Of a stretch of 64,000 nt of DNA, positions 60,127 through 64,000 are shown in pieces. A model generated the notes under the pieces. It did not search any database. It was not told the origin of the DNA and worked only from the letters and a program-made list of their open reading frames with translations. Each line of letters starts with the position of its first letter. Position 1 is the stretch's first letter. The stretch covers positions 256,001 to 320,000 of the forward strand of contig CAVURN010000002.1 in the NCBI GenBank assembly GCA_963743915.1. The letters are read 5' to 3'. Source of the stretch: an uncultured Actinomycetota bacterium. GTDB lineage: Bacteria > Actinomycetota > Actinomycetes > JAHEKZ01. A program made the translations under genes and the position numbers.

Positions 60127-61034
60127 CGGGCGAGCACCTCCTGCGCCAGCTGACGATAGGCGGCGGCTCCTGGCGACTTCGACGCGTAGCTGGTGATGGG
60201 CTCCCCCGCCACCGTCGTCTCCGGGAACCGGACGGTCCGGTTGATCACCGTGTGGTACACCCGGTCGCCGAACGCCTCCACCACCCGGGTGAGCACCTCG
60301 CGGCCGTGAGTCGTGCGGCTGTCGTACATGGTGGCGAGAATGCCATCAAGCTCTAGTTGAGGGTTAAGCCTTTCGGTCACCTTTGAGATGGTGTCCATCA
60401 GCAGAGCGACCCCTCGGAGGGCGAAGAACTCGCACTCCAGCGGGATGATCACCCCGTGCGCGGCCGTCAGTGCGTTCACCGTCAAGAGGCCCAGCGAGGG
60501 CTGACAGTCGATGAGGACGTAGTCGTAGTCGTCGGCGATGGTGGCCAGCCCGCGCCCGAGGGTCTGCTCCCGCGCGACCTCACCGACCAGCTGCACCTCG
60601 GCGGCTGACAGGTCGATGTTGCTCGGCAGCAGGTCCATGCCGGCCGTGTTGGTCTTCAGCAGGATGTCCTCCGCCTCGACCCCGCGGTCCATCAGCAGGT
60701 TGTAGACCGTGCGGTCGAGCTCGTGCGGGTTCACCCCGAGCCCGACCGACAGCGCCCCCTGGGGGTCGAAGTCGACGAGCAGCACCCGGCGCCCGAACTC
60801 GGCCAGAGCAGCGCCCAGGTTGATGGTCGTGGTGGTCTTCCCGACGCCGCCCTTCTGGTTGCACATGGCGATGATCCGCGCCGGACCGTGCTCGACGAGC
60901 GGTTCGGGCACCGGAAAGACCGGCAAGGGGCGCTGCGTGGGGCCCAGGGCACCCACCTGACCTGCGGAGATGCCGTCGTCGGCGACGTCCGGTGGGACCT
61001 CTGCGGCATCGGGGGTATTTGTCGACTTAACCAC
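60123..61034 (-). CDS. ParA/Soj-family ATPase (Rv1708-like second ParA)
   Basis: NQKGGVGKTTT, DFDPQG, IDCQPSLG, FPE. Confidence 0.93.
   Translation of the reverse strand: MVKSTNTPDAAEVPPDVADDGISAGQVGALGPTQRPLPVFPVPEPLVEHGPARIIAMCNQKGGVGKTTTTINLGAALAEFGRRVLLVDFDPQGALSVGLGVNPHELDRTVYNLLMDRGVEAEDILLKTNTAGMDLLPSNIDLSAAEVQLVGEVAREQTLGRGLATIADDYDYVLIDCQPSLGLLTVNALTAAHGVIIPLECEFFALRGVALLMDTISKVTERLNPQLELDGILATMYDSRTTHGREVLTRVVEAFGDRVYHTVINRTVRFPETTVAGEPITSYASKSPGAAAYRQLAQEVLAR
60342..60364. promoter_or_regulatory. FtsR-type site embedded in parA coding sequence
   Basis: GCCATCA-AGCTCTAGT-TGAGGGT within rare-codon run GAA AGG CTT AAC CCT CAA CTA GAG CTT GAT. Confidence 0.5.
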
Positions 61035-61137
61035 GAATCTCTAAACCTCTCGGCAGACTTCACGACAAACCGTTCGCAGCCTAGGCGGCGGTGACCGTGG
61101 GTGGCAACCCTGGTCGACTCCGGGTGGGTGCTGCCGG

Positions 61138-62118
61138 TCAGCCTCTGGCCCGTGGATGGGCCGCGGCGTAGACCTCGCGCAGCTTGTCCACCGTGACCAG
61201 CGTGTAGATCTGCGTGGTCGTCACGGAGGCGTGGCCGAGCAGCTCTTGCACCACGCGCACGTCGGCTCCGCCGTCGAGCAGGTGGGTCGCGAAGCTGTGG
61301 CGGAGGGTGTGGGGCGAGACGTCCTCGGTGATGCCGGCGTGCTCGGCGGCCGCCCGGAGCACGGTCCAGGCGCTCTGCCGGCTCAGCCGACCGCCCCTGC
61401 TGTTGAGGAACAGAGCGGGGACCCCGGAACCACGCTCGGCCAGGGGTGGGCGTCCACGGACCAGATAGGCCTCGAGCGCCTCGGTCGCGTACCGGCCGAC
61501 GGGGACCACCCGCTCCTTGCCCCCCTTCCCGGCCAGCCGCAGGACCGCCGACTCCCGGTCGAGATCGTCGACGTCGAGGCCCACCACCTCCGAGATCCGC
61601 GCACCCGTGCCGTAGAGCAGCTCCAGCAGCGCCCGGTCCCTCAGCTCCTTGGGAGTCCGGCCCTCGCCGGCGGCCGCGAGCAGGGCCTCGACCTGGTCGT
61701 ACCGCAGCGCCTTCGGCAGCCGCCGGGGTGGCGCCGGGGGCCGGACGTCCGCCGCCGGGTCCGTGGGAGTCAGCCCCTCCAACGCCGCGAACCGGTGGAA
61801 CCCGCGGACGGCCACCACGGTGCGGGCTGCTGAGGAGGCCGCGAGCGGTGGATGCTCCACGTCGCCCTCGCGCAGCCGGCCGAGGAAGGCGAGCACGTGC
61901 CCCTCGGTGACCTCGTCCGGTGCATGGACCCCGACCTCGCGCAGGAAGGTGAGGTAGCGCGCCAGGTCACGCCGGTAGGACGTCATCGAGTTGCGGGCCA
62001 GACCTCGCTCGAAGGTCAGGTGGTCGAGGTACTGGCGGACCGCCACCGACACCGGCGTGTCGCCGTCGGCGGGCCGCTCACCTGGCTCCGACTGCGGAGC
62101 TCCGGCGGTGCTGGGCAT
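61138..62118 (-). CDS. xerD: Tyrosine recombinase XerD
   Basis: ERGLA.N...[53 protein letters not shown]; NUDIX-ald-xerD-parA synteny. Confidence 0.93.
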   Translation of the reverse strand: MPSTAGAPQSEPGERPADGDTPVSVAVRQYLDHLTFERGLARNSMTSYRRDLARYLTFLREVGVHAPDEVTEGHVLAFLGRLREGDVEHPPLAASSAARTVVAVRGFHRFAALEGLTPTDPAADVRPPAPPRRLPKALRYDQVEALLAAAGEGRTPKELRDRALLELLYGTGARISEVVGLDVDDLDRESAVLRLAGKGGKERVVPVGRYATEALEAYLVRGRPPLAERGSGVPALFLNSRGGRLSRQSAWTVLRAAAEHAGITEDVSPHTLRHSFATHLLDGGADVRVVQELLGHASVTTTQIYTLVTVDKLREVYAAAHPRARG

Positions 62119-62151
62119 GCGGCGACCCTAGACTGCGCCACCCCCGAAAGG

Positions 62152-62181
62152 ACGAAGCCCCCGCCGCGGCGGGGGCTTCGT
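62152..62181 (-). terminator. Intrinsic terminator-like hairpin downstream of ald
   Basis: Perfect 30-bp palindrome ACGAAGCCCCCGCCGCGGCGGGGGCTTCGT. Confidence 0.75.
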
Positions 62182-62191
62182 GAGAGCAGGC

Positions 62192-63307
62192 TCAGACGAG
62201 GAGCTCGTCGACCGCGACGGTCGGCAGCCCGAACGCCTCGGCCACGGCCTCGTAGGTGATCTGTCCCTCGTGGGTGTTCAGTCCCGGGCGCAGGGCGGCG
62301 TTGCCCTTGAGCGCCTCACGCCACCCGAGGTTGGCCAGCTGCACGGCGTACGGCAGCGTGACGTTGGTGAGGGCGTACGTCGAGGTGTGCGGGACGGCGC
62401 CCGGCATGTTGGCCACGCAGTAGAAGACCGTGTCGTGCACCTTGAAGGTCGGGTCTGCGTGCGTGGTCGGGCGGGAGCCCTCGAAGCAGCCGCCCTGGTC
62501 GATGGCGATGTCGACGAGCACGGCGCCGGGCTTCATGCGCGCCACGAGCTCGTTGGTGACCAGCTTGGGTGCCTTGGCACCAGGGATGAGCACCGCGCCG
62601 ATGACGAGGTCGGCCTCGATGACGTCCTGCTCGATCGCGTACGAGCTCGACATCAGCGTCTGCAGGCGTCCCCGGTAGATCCGGTCGATCTCGGCGAGAC
62701 GCTTGGCGTTGATGTCGAGGATCGTGACGTGAGCCCCCATGCCGACCGCGATCTGCGCGGCATTCAGACCGGAGACCCCGCCCCCGAGGACGACCACCTT
62801 GCTGGCCTTGACCCCAGGCACACCGCCGAGCAGCGTGCCCCGCCCGCCGTTGGCGCGCTGCAGCGTGGCGGCGCCCACCTGCGGTGCCATCCGGCCGGCG
62901 ACCTCGGACATCGGCGCGAGCAGCGGCAACGAACGGTCGGGCAGCTCGACGGTCTCGTAGGCGATCGCCGTGGTGCCCGACGCCAGCAGCGCGTCCGTGC
63001 ACTCCTTGGACGCCGCGAGGTGCAGGTAGGTGAAGAGCACCTGCTCCTTGCGCATCCGGTGGTACTCCTCAGCGATGGGCTCCTTGACCTTGAGGATGAG
63101 GTCGCCGGTCTGCCAGACGTCGTCGGCGGTCGGCAGGATGGTGGCCCCGGCCGCGACATACTCGTCGTTGGAGATGGAGGAGCCGACGCCGGCGTCGGTC
63201 TCGAGGTAGACGTCGTGACCGTGGCGGGTGAGCTCGTGCACACCGGCCGGAGTGATGGCCACCCGGTACTCGTGGTTCTTGACCTCGCGAGGGATGCCGA
63301 CCTTCAC
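62192..63307 (-). CDS. ald: Alanine dehydrogenase
   Basis: [45 protein letters not shown]. Confidence 0.97.
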   Translation of the reverse strand: MKVGIPREVKNHEYRVAITPAGVHELTRHGHDVYLETDAGVGSSISNDEYVAAGATILPTADDVWQTGDLILKVKEPIAEEYHRMRKEQVLFTYLHLAASKECTDALLASGTTAIAYETVELPDRSLPLLAPMSEVAGRMAPQVGAATLQRANGGRGTLLGGVPGVKASKVVVLGGGVSGLNAAQIAVGMGAHVTILDINAKRLAEIDRIYRGRLQTLMSSSYAIEQDVIEADLVIGAVLIPGAKAPKLVTNELVARMKPGAVLVDIAIDQGGCFEGSRPTTHADPTFKVHDTVFYCVANMPGAVPHTSTYALTNVTLPYAVQLANLGWREALKGNAALRPGLNTHEGQITYEAVAEAFGLPTVAVDELLV

Positions 63308-63387
63308 AGCAATGTCCTTTGTGAATCGAGAGCAGCTCGCCAGCCGCACCCCCTCGGGGCGAGGGGCGCACGGAGTCTATCTGAGGT

Positions 63388-64000
63388 CTAGGAGAGGCCC
63401 CAGTCAGGTCCGGGCCAGGGATCGTCGGGCGGACGAAGGCCACGCCAGCCGCGCTGACGCGCCTGCTCGGCCGCCAGGATGCCCGCCACGGCGAGGGCGT
63501 TGTGCAGCCGACCGCGTCCGATCTGCTCCACCACGGCATCGAGCGCGACCCTGGTGACCACCATGTCCCGCTCCTCGTCCTTGGGCGCCGGTCGCTCCGC
63601 TTCGGGCACTACGGACAGGCCCCGTGCCAGGAAAACACGCAGCGTCTCGCTGCTCATGCCCGGTGAGGAGTAGAGGTCCAGGACCGTGTCCCAGCGCTCC
63701 GCCCGCAGACCGGCCTCCTCGACCAGCTCCCGGACCGCGGTCTGCCACGGGGACTCGCCCGGATCGTCGAGCAGTCCCGCCGGGATCTCCCACAGCAGGG
63801 AGGCGACGGGGTGGCGGTACTGACGCACCAGGACGACGCGGTCGAGGTCGTCGAGGGCGACGATGCCCACGGCTCCGGGGTGCAGGACGACATCCCGGTC
63901 GACGACGGTGTCGGCGTCCAGCTCCACGCGGTCGGTGACGACGTCCCACTTGGCCCCTGCGAACCGCTGGCGTCGCCCGTGGACCGGCCTCGGCTGCCCA
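63388..64000 (-). CDS. NUDIX hydrolase (ADP-ribose pyrophosphatase-like), 5' truncated by window
   Basis: HPGAV, QYRHP, EIPAGLLD..GE....AVRELVEEAG, SPG. Confidence 0.9.
   Translation of the reverse strand, partial: GQPRPVHGRRQRFAGAKWDVVTDRVELDADTVVDRDVVLHPGAVGIVALDDLDRVVLVRQYRHPVASLLWEIPAGLLDDPGESPWQTAVRELVEEAGLRAERWDTVLDLYSSPGMSSETLRVFLARGLSVVPEAERPAPKDEERDMVVTRVALDAVVEQIGRGRLHNALAVAGILAAEQARQRGWRGLRPPDDPWPGPDWGLS

Noticed and set aside
61138-62118. Prophage/ICE integrase
   Set aside because: Sequence and NUDIX-ald-xerD-parA-scpAB context identify housekeeping XerD.

Overview
High-GC actinobacterial chromosome segment that appears to span the replication terminus. A dif-like XerCD site lies at 28922-28949. 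Genes are mostly + to its left and mostly - to its right, and xerD-parA-scpAB sit about 30 kb away. In order, the window holds: helY region; a B12/radical-SAM lysine aminomutase cluster (kamA divergent from kdd-amidohydrolase-kamD-kamE-kal, with no kce); lnt-ppm1-fxsA; rbpA; fhs/gdh; dif-adjacent accessory genes; a type III PKS (srsABC-like); gcvP with a tandem glycine riboswitch; the garA-ftsR(MerR)-DUF151-MerR locus; an accessory tract of secreted repeat proteins ending at tRNA-Pro(GGG); and the der-cmk-tyrA-aroH-rluB-scpB-scpA-RHH-parA-xerD-ald operon. The most unusual signal is two DNA motif families written into that last operon, partly inside codons and using rare A/T-ending codons. One is an 8-bp-phased CGAC-WW iteron next to a ParA plus small RHH-like protein, resembling type Ib partition systems. 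The other is an FtsR-type ACCCTCA-N9-TGAGGGT palindrome. Together they suggest an undescribed terminus-organising or segregation system; this is a hypothesis. Many single-base frameshifts probably reflect long-read assembly error. All product calls come from motif recognition and synteny, not database searches.
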